From: an uncultured Methanomassiliicoccales archaeon
GTDB lineage: Archaea > Thermoplasmatota > Thermoplasmata > RBG-16-68-12 > JAJISG01
Reading direction: 5' to 3'
Length of the DNA: 36,018 nucleotides
Assembly (NCBI GenBank): GCA_964347795.1
Contig: CAYFZX010000007.1
Location: forward strand, 1-36,018
Numbering within the stretch: the first letter of the stretch is position 1; each line of letters begins with the position of its first letter. Below the pieces are notes generated by a model that worked only from the letters and a program-made list of their open reading frames with translations, had not been told where the DNA came from and did no database searches. Made by a program: the position numbers and the translations under genes. Positions 16,307 to 24,947 of the stretch are shown here, piece by piece.

Positions 16307-17752
16307 ATGGCCAGAAAGCCCTCTATCGACGCTCCCGATGAGGAGGCCTCCGAGGATTTTGAGTCCTCCGACCTGGGAGAGGCTCCAGTTGCGGCTGAGC
16401 GGAAGTCTCGAGAGGTTGTGAGCCTGCGTACCAAGTTGGAGTCCTACACGGTGAAGGCCCTCAAACAGAAGGCCAGGCAGTGGGACGTAGATTTGAAAGG
16501 CAGGACTCGAAAGGCGGAGATCATCGAAGCGATCGTAGAGACCCTAACGCGTCGAAGAGAGGAGCCCGTGCCTCCTCCGCCCTTGGCCGAATACTCGCCC
16601 GAGGACGTCGATGACGATTTGCACTTCGGGAAGCTTGAAGACCTCTGGATCGAGGCCACCAATGCCCTCGCCGGCGAGGACTACAAGGCAGCTTTGGCTC
16701 TCTCGAGAGACTCCCTTAAGCTCCTTGAGGAGTGGTCCACCCGATACAAGCGAGGTATGTGTTCCAGAGCCCTCCAGGCAGCAGAACTCTTCACGACTCG
16801 GTTCAACACCGTTGGGTCCGCCCAGAAGCTGAAGCGGACCGTCGAGGACGCTCGAAGGGCCTACCTGTCAGGGGACCTAGACTACTGTGTCCGCCTTATT
16901 GACGAGATCCAGGGAAGCGTGGCGACGGTCTACGTCGAGGAGATGGGCAGGGTACGAGAAATCCTGGTCGAGAAAGAGAACATTCTTGAGGAGTTGGGCG
17001 TCATCAACGCCGATCTAGCCCGGGGCCGAGAGATGCTCATCCGAGCTGAAGAGGCTCTCCGGCTAGGAAACCACTCCAGAACCCTGGAGCTCATCTACAG
17101 CTTTGAGGAGGTCGTCGAGGAGGCTCGACAGAAACGGCGTGGAGAACTGGCGGAGTATCTCGTCTCCGTCGAGGCGATGATCAAGGAAACGGAGGATTTG
17201 GGAAATCCACTCAAGGACGCCAGGAAGCTCGCCCAGCAGGCGAGGACGGCCTTCGATCGCGGGGATCTCGTCCTGGCCAGTGAGATCGCTCAGCGCAGCG
17301 AGCGGGTGGCAATGGAGGCCCAGAAGAAACAGATAGAGGCGGCCATGCAGTTGCGCCGGAAGCACTACAAAGACGTACGGGACCTCGTCGCCTATCTCAA
17401 GCCGCTGCTGAGGGAGGCCCAGAACTACGGCGTCGAGATCGACGAGGTTAAGCAACTGGTCAGAGACACCGTCGACCTCCTTCGCAAGGAGGACTACTTC
17501 CTGGCAATGGAGAGGGGGCAGGAGGCCCGGAGGCTCCTCGAGTCGCTCCAACCGGCCATCACAGAGGAGAGAGAGAAACGGGGAATCACGAAGCCCCTCG
17601 GCGGGGCCTGCGAGGAGTGCAGGTCAGAGGATCTGGAGTTCTGGGACGACGGGTGGAGCGTGTGCAATTCCTGCGGTCACCGCTTCTTGTGGCCGAATAG
17701 GGAGGGGGGCCGGTCAGTCACCTTCTTCCGGCGGAAGAGATTGATTCGGTAA
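16307..17752 (+). CDS. Acidic N-terminus, a HeH/Rho-N (SAP-like) motif, at least 5 helical-hairpin repeats and a C-terminal zinc ribbon
   Basis: I re-set the start to ATG 16307 (MARKPSID...). YTVKALKQKARQWDVDLKGRTRKAEIIEAIVE resembles the Rho_N/HeH motif. The repeats follow the form ..A...A...GDY..A......L. The C-terminus reads CEECRS-x15-CNSCGH. Confidence 0.75.
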   Translation: MARKPSIDAPDEEASEDFESSDLGEAPVAAERKSREVVSLRTKLESYTVKALKQKARQWDVDLKGRTRKAEIIEAIVETLTRRREEPVPPPPLAEYSPEDVDDDLHFGKLEDLWIEATNALAGEDYKAALALSRDSLKLLEEWSTRYKRGMCSRALQAAELFTTRFNTVGSAQKLKRTVEDARRAYLSGDLDYCVRLIDEIQGSVATVYVEEMGRVREILVEKENILEELGVINADLARGREMLIRAEEALRLGNHSRTLELIYSFEEVVEEARQKRRGELAEYLVSVEAMIKETEDLGNPLKDARKLAQQARTAFDRGDLVLASEIAQRSERVAMEAQKKQIEAAMQLRRKHYKDVRDLVAYLKPLLREAQNYGVEIDEVKQLVRDTVDLLRKEDYFLAMERGQEARRLLESLQPAITEEREKRGITKPLGGACEECRSEDLEFWDDGWSVCNSCGHRFLWPNREGGRSVTFFRRKRLIR

Positions 17753-17831
17753 CCTCCTTTTACCGGCGGCTTCTCCCCCACGGGATCGAGTCGGTGCAAG
17801 CCTTTTCTACTCACTGAACCTAGGGCGGTCC

Positions 17832-18776
17832 ATGAAGGTCACCCTAGACAGAGAGGTTGAGGATTACCACTTCGTCAAGGCCACGAGCTGCCGGGAGCTT
17901 CTGACACAAATGAGCAGGGCAGGGGGCTTCACGGCGACGAAGTTGTCCTTAGCCCTCGATATCGCCGAGGAGATGATCAGGAGGGAGGATTGCACAACGT
18001 TCCTCTCCTTCCCCGCGGCGCTCGTCGCCACAGGTTGCAGAGGCGTCCTAAAGGAGATGGTGCGCAGGAGGATGGTGGACGTCGTCGTTACCACCTGTGG
18101 CACGGTGGACCACGACATCGCCCGGACCCGCTCCCCCTATTACCACGGTGGCTTCCACATGGACGACACTGCGCTGCATGAAGCCGGGGTCTACCGCCTT
18201 GGGAACGTCTTGGTTCCCTCCGACTCCTACGGGAAGGGTCTCGAGAAGGTCGTACACCCCTTCCTCGAGGGGATCTGGAAGGAGGGGAGGAGACAATTGA
18301 GCACGGCGGAACTCTTACGGCTTGCGGGTGAGAGGCTCGGCAACGAGTCCTCCATTCTCTACTGGTGCGCGAAGCGGGACATCCCAGTAGTCGTCCCCGC
18401 CATTACAGATGGCGCCTTCGGCTACCACCTCTGGAGCTTCTGGCAGGAACATCGCGACCTTATGGTGGACAGCTTCCGTGATGAGTCCCTCCTGTCTGAC
18501 CGTGTGCATGACTCCAAGTGTACCGGGGCCCTGATTCTTGGCGGCGGTGTATCCAAGCACCATGTCCTTTGGTGGAACCAGTTCAAGGGTGGGCTCGACT
18601 ACGCCGTGTACATCACCACCGCCGTCGAATATGATGGGAGCCTCTCGGGGGCCCGGGTTAGAGAGGCCATATCGTGGGGAAAGGTGAAGGGGGAGGCTCG
18701 GAGGGTGACTGTCGAGGGGGATGCCAGCGTTCTCATGCCACTATTGCACGCAGCCTTGGTTGAATCGTTCCCGTGA
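17832..18776 (+). CDS. dys: Deoxyhypusine synthase
   Basis: The 314-aa ORF carries the DHS-like motifs VVVTTCGTVDHD and ILGGGVSKHH. Confidence 0.88.
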   Translation: MKVTLDREVEDYHFVKATSCRELLTQMSRAGGFTATKLSLALDIAEEMIRREDCTTFLSFPAALVATGCRGVLKEMVRRRMVDVVVTTCGTVDHDIARTRSPYYHGGFHMDDTALHEAGVYRLGNVLVPSDSYGKGLEKVVHPFLEGIWKEGRRQLSTAELLRLAGERLGNESSILYWCAKRDIPVVVPAITDGAFGYHLWSFWQEHRDLMVDSFRDESLLSDRVHDSKCTGALILGGGVSKHHVLWWNQFKGGLDYAVYITTAVEYDGSLSGARVREAISWGKVKGEARRVTVEGDASVLMPLLHAALVESFP

Positions 18777-18782
18777 GGGGGG

Positions 18783-19325
18783 GTGGCCCTGGAACTGCCA
18801 GAAGGGCTTCTCGCCGCCGCGCAGAAATACGGGGATGTTCCCATCCTGCGTAGGACCATATTCTCGACGCCGAATCGGTTGCGCGCTCTCCAACAGCTCA
18901 CGGGGGGGCTCTTGGGTGCGGCTGGGCTCGTCTGGAATCGTCAGGGACAGGTCCTCTTGGTGCGAGAACACACGCCTGCAGAGGGTCGGGAGGTATGGAT
19001 CACCCCTGGGGGCATGGCTCGATTGGGAGAGGACCCGGAGGAGACCTTCCGACGGGAGATCAGGGAAGAGGCCGGCGTAGAAGCCGACATCCTCAACCTC
19101 ACCTACGTCTTCGAGCTTACCGTCACCGACGGTGACGAGCAGGCTCGCGGTTTCTTCTTCCAGTACGAGGGGATGGCTCGGGAGACGACGACGCGGCCGG
19201 GAAGGAGAGTCTCGGAGGCAAGATGGTTCGATGAGCTCCCCCAGGACATGGCCTTCAGGGAGGATTATGCACCCATCGTCGACAGGAGGAGAGAAGACTT
19301 CAGCCCGACAGATGCATCAGTCTGA
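18783..19325 (+). CDS. NUDIX hydrolase
   Basis: It contains the NUDIX box GGMARLGEDPEETFRREIREEAGV (Gx5Ex7REUxEExGU). It uses a GTG start. Confidence 0.85.
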   Translation: MALELPEGLLAAAQKYGDVPILRRTIFSTPNRLRALQQLTGGLLGAAGLVWNRQGQVLLVREHTPAEGREVWITPGGMARLGEDPEETFRREIREEAGVEADILNLTYVFELTVTDGDEQARGFFFQYEGMARETTTRPGRRVSEARWFDELPQDMAFREDYAPIVDRRREDFSPTDASV

Positions 19326-19348
19326 GCTGTGAGACTCACGGCCTCATC

Positions 19349-19355
19349 TATATAA
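19349..19355 (+). promoter_or_regulatory. TATA box (TATATAA) for the GalT-type gene
   Basis: This is the strongest TATA-like element in the window. It lies only about 16-22 nt from GTG 19371 but about 37-43 nt from ATG 19392, which favours the ATG start. Confidence 0.55.
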
Positions 19356-19391
19356 GGTACATCCCATCTCGTGCTCGAGAGGACGTGGGGC

Positions 19392-20399
19392 ATGCCAGAG
19401 CTCCGCAAAGACTACATCACGGACACCTGGGTAGTCTTCTCCGCATCAAGATCCCAGCGCCCAATCCAGACCAGAGAGCCGGCGACGGAGAGAGCGGAGA
19501 CGCCCGATTGTCCCTTTTGTCCTGGCAACGAGCACATGACCCCTCCGGAGATCCTGGCATACAGGGAGAACGGGGAAACCGATGGTCCGGGATGGTGGGT
19601 CCGCTGCGTTCCCAACAAGTATCCGGCCCTGACGATCGAAGGAGAGGTGAAGAGGAAGGTGTCTCAGACCTTTCACTCCGTCAACGGGGTCGGCGCGCAC
19701 GAGGTGATCATTGAGACGCCTGACCACTCCGGCAACATCCCCTCCCTGGACGAGAAACAGATCAACGAGTTCGTGTGCGCCTACAAGGACAGGTATGTGG
19801 ATTTGACCAACGACAGGCGGTTCAAGTACATCCTCATCTTCAAGAATCACGGCGCCAGGGCTGGCGCGACCATTGCCCACCCTCACAGCCAGCTCATCGC
19901 CACTCCCATCATCCCGCGGCGCATCATGGACGAGCTCAGAGCCTCGAGAACCTTCTACGAGGAGACTGGGGGCTCCTGCCTCTACGACGAGGTGGTGGAG
20001 AACGAGCTGGAGGCTTCGGAGAGGATCATCACCGAAAATGACTCCTTCTTGGCCCTCAGCGCCTACGCCGCCAGGTACCCCTTTGAGGTCTGGATAGTAC
20101 CCAAGGCCCATGAGGACCACTTCGAGGATATGAGCGACCGGGAGCGACGCATTCTCGCCGCTTTTCTGAAGGACGTTTTCTCCCGAATGGACACGCTCTT
20201 GAACGACCCGCCCTTCAACTACTACATCCATACGGCCCCCTGTGATAGGAAGGACCATCGCTATTATCACTGGCACGTGGAGATAACGCCCAGGCTGTCC
20301 AGCACTGCCGGTTTCGAGCGGGGAACCGGCTTCTACATAAACTCGGTTCTCCCGGAGGACGCCGCCCGACTACTGAGGGAAGTGCGTTCCGGTCAGTGA
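19392..20399 (+). CDS. galT: Galactose-1-phosphate uridylyltransferase-type (HIT branch III) nucleotidyl/hexose-1-phosphate transferase
   Basis: It has the zinc motif CPFCPGNE and the active-site motif HPHSQL. The size fits GalT. The ORF-track GTG at 19371 probably lies upstream of the TSS. Confidence 0.86.
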   Translation: MPELRKDYITDTWVVFSASRSQRPIQTREPATERAETPDCPFCPGNEHMTPPEILAYRENGETDGPGWWVRCVPNKYPALTIEGEVKRKVSQTFHSVNGVGAHEVIIETPDHSGNIPSLDEKQINEFVCAYKDRYVDLTNDRRFKYILIFKNHGARAGATIAHPHSQLIATPIIPRRIMDELRASRTFYEETGGSCLYDEVVENELEASERIITENDSFLALSAYAARYPFEVWIVPKAHEDHFEDMSDRERRILAAFLKDVFSRMDTLLNDPPFNYYIHTAPCDRKDHRYYHWHVEITPRLSSTAGFERGTGFYINSVLPEDAARLLREVRSGQ

Positions 20400-21800
20400 G
20401 GATAGTCTCTCGTACAGGTGTAGGTACTCTTTCGCTGACTGCTTCCAGGAGTAGTCGCGGGAAGAGGCGTTCTGCTTCAGACGAGCCCAAGCAGCAGGGT
20501 CCCCGTAAACCTTTAGGGCCCTGTCAACACATATCAAAAGGGCGGACTTGCTAAACTCGTCGAAGACAAGGCCCGTCGCCTTCTCGGAGTCCTCCGCGGG
20601 ATCTAGAACAGTATCGGCCAGTCCTCCCGTCCTCCGGGCGACCGGTATCGTCCCGTATCTCATGCTGATCAACTGGCCCAGACCGCAGGGCTCGAAGAGA
20701 GAGGGCATGAGGAATAGGTCCGATCCCGCGTAGATCCGGTGGGCCAAACCCTCATCGTAACGAAGGTTGATAGAGATGGTAGGGTCCTTTTCGGCCCAGG
20801 ACCGGAACAACTTCTCGACTTTCTCCTTCCCAGTGCCAAGAATCGCAAGCTGGAGCCTTCGGGACGCGAGTTCGGGGAGGGCCTCCGCGAGGAGGTCGAC
20901 ACCCTTCTGCTCGACCAGACGTCCCACGAAGCCGATCAAAGGCCTGTTCGAATCCGGAAGGCCGAGTTCCCGCTGCAACGCCTTCTTGTTCACGGCCTTC
21001 CCCTCGGCGTCGAGGGGGTCGTAGCCGCGGGCGAGGAAGGGATCCTCTGAAGGATTCCACACCTCATGGTCGATACCATTCAACACCCCCCATAGGGAGT
21101 CAGAGCGCCGTTTCAGCACCCTGTGGAGCCCGCAGCCATGCTTGGGTTCCTGGATCTCACGAGCGTAGGTCCGGCTAACGGTCGATACGGCATCCGAGAG
21201 GAGGATTCCCCCCTTCATGAGGTTTACCTTCCCTTTGTGAAGGACTGCTTTGGCAGGCTTCCTCGGCAGCCGAAGGAAGTTCAAGAACTCCTTGCGAAGA
21301 AGCCCCTGATGATGCAGGTTGTGAATCGTGAACAGGACCTTCGTCCCGGCGAAGATCTCGTCTTCGGCGTAGAATGTCTTGAGGAAGAGGGGGACAAGGG
21401 CCGTATGCCAATCATTGCAATGGATAACATCGGGCCGGATGTCCACATGGCGGCAGGCCTCCAATACGGCCCGGCAGAAGAAGGCAAACCTCCTTCCGTC
21501 ATCCTTGTAGCTGTATATCTTGTCCCTGCTGAAGTATCCCGGGTGGTCCACCATGAGGACCGGGACCACCTCTGAGAGGTTGCCTTCCTTGAGAGCGGCG
21601 ACCTCTTGACGGTCTCCCATGGGAACGTTGAAGGGGCCTAGGTCCACCCTCCACTGATTCATGGCACGATGCCTTGGCATTATCAGATGTACTTCGACCT
21701 TCGACACTGCAAGGGCCTTCGGTAGGGAGCCGGCCACGTCGCCCAGTCCACCAGCCTTGGCGAAGGGGTAGGCCTCAGCCGCGACAAACAGCACCTTCAA
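20370..21800 (-). CDS. glgA: Glycogen/starch synthase, GT5 (GlgA)
   Basis: With a TTG start the N-terminus reads (M)KVLFVAAEAYPFAKAGGLGDV, which contains the KxGGL motif. Choosing TTG 21800 removes a 68-nt overlap with the upstream kinase gene. Confidence 0.88.
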   Translation of the reverse strand: MKVLFVAAEAYPFAKAGGLGDVAGSLPKALAVSKVEVHLIMPRHRAMNQWRVDLGPFNVPMGDRQEVAALKEGNLSEVVPVLMVDHPGYFSRDKIYSYKDDGRRFAFFCRAVLEACRHVDIRPDVIHCNDWHTALVPLFLKTFYAEDEIFAGTKVLFTIHNLHHQGLLRKEFLNFLRLPRKPAKAVLHKGKVNLMKGGILLSDAVSTVSRTYAREIQEPKHGCGLHRVLKRRSDSLWGVLNGIDHEVWNPSEDPFLARGYDPLDAEGKAVNKKALQRELGLPDSNRPLIGFVGRLVEQKGVDLLAEALPELASRRLQLAILGTGKEKVEKLFRSWAEKDPTISINLRYDEGLAHRIYAGSDLFLMPSLFEPCGLGQLISMRYGTIPVARRTGGLADTVLDPAEDSEKATGLVFDEFSKSALLICVDRALKVYGDPAAWARLKQNASSRDYSWKQSAKEYLHLYERLSSLTGTHFPQ

Positions 21801-21831
21801 GGAATCCCGAGGTCCTAGAACGGGAGTCGGC

Positions 21832-23187
21832 TTAACCTTGAGGGTGGCCCTGCCTCTCAGCAAAAAGGGAGGCTCCCGAAATGACGTCACCCAGGCCAAC
21901 GGTGTGGACGGGGTTCTTCACGACCTTTGTAGGGACGGCTACGAGATTCTCCTCCTCCTCGCACGATCCTTCCTGCAGAAAGGATTGGCGGTCCCGTCCT
22001 TTGAGGTTCAGATGACTGCTCAGGCGCCCCAGCTGCTTCAGGCCCCGCGCTGAGAGGGGGACCTGGGACGCCTGCGGCAACTCCTGGGGCAAGGGCCTGC
22101 CACCATTGGCCCGTGCGGCCCCGATCAAGGCGGCAAACAGGAGGGCGTTCCGGACAGTCGAGGCGGGGTTGGGGCTCAAGGTCATGTAGTACCCCAGCGT
22201 GTGCATGTTCACTCGTTTCACCCCTAGAGCTCTCAACAGGTGGAGAGCCTCAAGTTGACGGGCAGCGCTCCTTCGGACCTCCTCCCAACGGGGAACGCCC
22301 AGTAGGAAGGCGAAGTCGGCAAGCTCGGCCTCGTTTACTCCAATGCTGTCCGCCAGTGGTAGGATGCGGTCCACGATGGCCTCCCTCTTCCTCAGATCCG
22401 GTACGGACGTTATCTCCAGGTGGACGATGATGTCCGGATTCGCCGCCTTGACCGCATGGATGTGCTCCCGCACCTTGTCGAAGCTCCCTTCGTAGTCCTC
22501 GCCCATGTGGTTCAATCCAGCGATGAAGAAGACATCGACTTCTCGGCCGACGAAGGGGAGGGATCCCTCCCACTCTCCGTGGAAAAGGATTTTCGTCTGG
22601 GGAGCCGCAATAACCCGGTTTGCTCGCGGGGAGAGGCTGCCTCCAAAGGAGAGGCCAGCGGAGTACTCCAGAATGTAGTGGACTTCGGGGGTGCACTCCC
22701 AGTGGAACTCCTCGGCCTGCACGTACTCTGTCTTGTCCTCGATTTGCAGGCTGACCTCCGCCCGACTGCCCTGATACAGTGAGGCCACCTCCCAGCTGAA
22801 CCTGTCCGGATGGACCAGAACTCGAGCGGCGTCGAAGTCCGACAGGAGGCGGGCAACGGTGACGACTTGTCCTCCCGGCCTGTCCTCAAAGCCACCCAAC
22901 TCGTCAAGGAAATGGATCACGCTGGGGGAGCAGATGACTTCGAGGGCCAGTCCATTCGAAATCGAATAGCACAGTCCCTCCGCCAAGTCTTGAAGGTCCT
23001 CAGCTGTCTTAGCAAAGATCGGCGGAGCCTCCTCAGGGGGTCTCAACCTCTTTAGCAACCTATCGTCCACAGCCCTGACCTTGTCGATCACGGAGTTGTA
23101 GGCAAGGAGCGCTCTGACCCCGCCCAGGGGGTTGGCACGCAACGCAGCCTCGTATTCTTTCTCCCAAGCCCTCATTACGTCGGACAC
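21832..23187 (-). CDS. ADP-dependent sugar kinase (ADP-glucokinase/ADP-phosphofructokinase family)
   Basis: The size is about 450 aa. It has the motifs IGVNEAEL and HTVGLGDVISGASL typical of the ADP-PFK/GK family. The GTG start is preceded by the SD-like GGAAGGAG. Confidence 0.83.
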   Translation of the reverse strand: MSDVMRAWEKEYEAALRANPLGGVRALLAYNSVIDKVRAVDDRLLKRLRPPEEAPPIFAKTAEDLQDLAEGLCYSISNGLALEVICSPSVIHFLDELGGFEDRPGGQVVTVARLLSDFDAARVLVHPDRFSWEVASLYQGSRAEVSLQIEDKTEYVQAEEFHWECTPEVHYILEYSAGLSFGGSLSPRANRVIAAPQTKILFHGEWEGSLPFVGREVDVFFIAGLNHMGEDYEGSFDKVREHIHAVKAANPDIIVHLEITSVPDLRKREAIVDRILPLADSIGVNEAELADFAFLLGVPRWEEVRRSAARQLEALHLLRALGVKRVNMHTLGYYMTLSPNPASTVRNALLFAALIGAARANGGRPLPQELPQASQVPLSARGLKQLGRLSSHLNLKGRDRQSFLQEGSCEEEENLVAVPTKVVKNPVHTVGLGDVISGASLFAERQGHPQG

Positions 23188-23235
23188 AGGAACTGCTCCT
23201 TCCTTGCGAGAGGCCCTGAATTGGAAATGGTCTCT

Positions 23236-23571
23236 TTAAGGCTTTTTTTGCTGCTGAGTCACGACCTCCCGAGGCTTCCTCCTGGCACGCCTAACGTCCC
23301 ACCAGGCTGCAAGGAGGATTGCCCCCAGACCCCCGTACACCTCCCACCTGAGGAGATCGATAACGGATGGTTGCCACCGACCGATGGTGATCGCCAACGT
23401 CAGGACGACGACTGTGAACACTGCCCATCCAATGACTCGTGTCTTCCACTCTCGCATTCCCCTTCGCAGCAACAGCTCTGGAATCAGGAAGAGAGGGACC
23501 ACCAGGCTGGCCGCGAAGGCCAAAAAGGTCAGTAGCTGATCGATGAACCAGGATAGGGAAACCACGGCCAA
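23236..23571 (-). CDS. Small integral membrane protein (3-4 TM)
   Basis: It has hydrophobic segments separated by Arg-rich loops. It uses a TTG start. Confidence 0.55.
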   Translation of the reverse strand: MAVVSLSWFIDQLLTFLAFAASLVVPLFLIPELLLRRGMREWKTRVIGWAVFTVVVLTLAITIGRWQPSVIDLLRWEVYGGLGAILLAAWWDVRRARRKPREVVTQQQKKP

Positions 23572-23622
23572 GTTAAGTCGATTCGAGGCAAAGCCTTTGC
23601 GTCTTTTGAGCTCCAGAATAAG

Positions 23623-23629
23623 TTTAAGG
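23623..23629 (+). promoter_or_regulatory. TATA-like box (TTTAAGG) for the GT4 gene
   Basis: It lies 23-29 nt upstream of GTG 23652. Confidence 0.45.
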
Positions 23630-23651
23630 CTCCCTCTGGATTGAAGAGCGC

Positions 23652-24785
23652 GTGAAAGTCTGCCTTCTCACCTACGAGTTTCCACCTCGAGTCTATGGCG
23701 GGGCAGGAGTGCATGTCACTCACCTGGCCAGGGAGTTGAGGAGACTTGTGGACCTGGAGGTGAGAACCCTTCATCCGGCCGAGGAGATGGACGATGTCAA
23801 GGTGCGCAGATACTACCCGTCCCTCCCCAAGGGTCCAGAGGATCGGGAGGGGAGAGCGCTCGAGGTGCTTTCGCTCAACGTCAACCTGCTCTCAGATCCC
23901 ATCGATGCCGACCTGGTACACACGCACACCTGGTACACCGGCTTCGCAGGACTGCTCGCCAAGGAGCTGTACGGGCCCAAGTTGGTCGCGACCGTTCACT
24001 CTTTGGAGCCCATGAGGCCCTGGAAGGAAGAGCAACTGGGTGGAGGGTACAGGCTGAGCTCATGGATCGAGGAGACGGAGCTGCGGAGATGTGACAGTGT
24101 CATAGCTGTGTCGAGGGACATGGCGACGGACCTTCGGAAGCACTACAAGATTCCAGCCAAGAGGATACACATCATCCCCAATGGAGTGGATGCCTCCGCC
24201 TTCCAAAGGAGAGAGGACCCTGCGGTCCTGGAGAGACTGGGCGTCAGGACCCCCTACATCCTATTCCTCGGCCGGCTGAGTAGACAGAAAGGCGTGTTCG
24301 ACCTCCTCAAGGCGTTCAAATCTCTCCGATCCAAGGTGAACCTGGTCCTCGTCACAGGACCTGCCGACACGGAGTCGCTCGTGGAGGAACTCTCCCAAGC
24401 ACTCCGCGGGGTGGAAAGAGTTCACTGGATAAACAAGATGTTGACTCACAACGAGACGGTGGCCCTGTACTCCTCATGCGAAGCCTTCGTCTGCCCATCG
24501 CGTTATGAACCTTTTGGGATAATCAATCTGGAAGCTATGGCGTGCGAGAAACCCGTAGCCGCCACCGAAGTCGGGGGCATCGTCGAGGTCGTTGAGGATG
24601 GAGTGACGGGCATCTTGGTTCCGCCTGAGGATCCAGGTTCCCTGGCGGAAGCTATCGACACCCTCATGGAGGATCCGGAACTCCGCCATGAGATGGGCAG
24701 GAGAGGCAGAGAGAGGGTCGAAGAAAGGTTCACGTGGACGAAAGTGGCTCGTCGCACGGTCGACATGTACAGAGAACTGATATGA
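23652..24785 (+). CDS. GT4 glycosyltransferase, GlgM/actinobacterial 'GlgA'-like (alpha-glucan/maltose-1-phosphate synthase type)
   Basis: The segments YEFPPRVYGGAGVHVTHLARELRR, HTHTWYTGFAG, HSLEPMRPWKEEQLGGGYRLSSWIE, LGRLSRQKG and the C-terminal E-x7-E region (NLEAMACEKP...GGIVEVVEDGVTG) match my recollection of GlgM-type GT4 enzymes. Confidence 0.82.
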   Translation: MKVCLLTYEFPPRVYGGAGVHVTHLARELRRLVDLEVRTLHPAEEMDDVKVRRYYPSLPKGPEDREGRALEVLSLNVNLLSDPIDADLVHTHTWYTGFAGLLAKELYGPKLVATVHSLEPMRPWKEEQLGGGYRLSSWIEETELRRCDSVIAVSRDMATDLRKHYKIPAKRIHIIPNGVDASAFQRREDPAVLERLGVRTPYILFLGRLSRQKGVFDLLKAFKSLRSKVNLVLVTGPADTESLVEELSQALRGVERVHWINKMLTHNETVALYSSCEAFVCPSRYEPFGIINLEAMACEKPVAATEVGGIVEVVEDGVTGILVPPEDPGSLAEAIDTLMEDPELRHEMGRRGRERVEERFTWTKVARRTVDMYRELI

Positions 24786-24947
24786 TCCCCACGACTTCAA
24801 GAGGCCTGCTAGAGGCCTTCATGGAATGGGCGACATCAAACGCCTTCTGTCATTAGATCTCCAAGAGACGGTGGTTGTTGGGGAAGGGAAAGAGAAGGCC
24901 GGGGAGAAAAGGGCTAATAGCCTCCTTGTCTCCCTGTGGTGGATACT

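Noticed and set aside
21801-21899. 33-aa N-terminal extension of glgA overlapping the kinase gene
   Set aside because: GT5 synthases start right at (M)KVLFV. An in-frame TTG at 21800 gives exactly that N-terminus and removes the 68-nt overlap.
24805-24821. Two copies of the self-complementary hexamer AGGCCT (AGAGGCCT-GCT-AGAGGCCT) after the GT4 gene, considered as a terminator hairpin
   Set aside because: The stem is only 6 bp and no T-tract follows it. The evidence is too weak to call a terminator.
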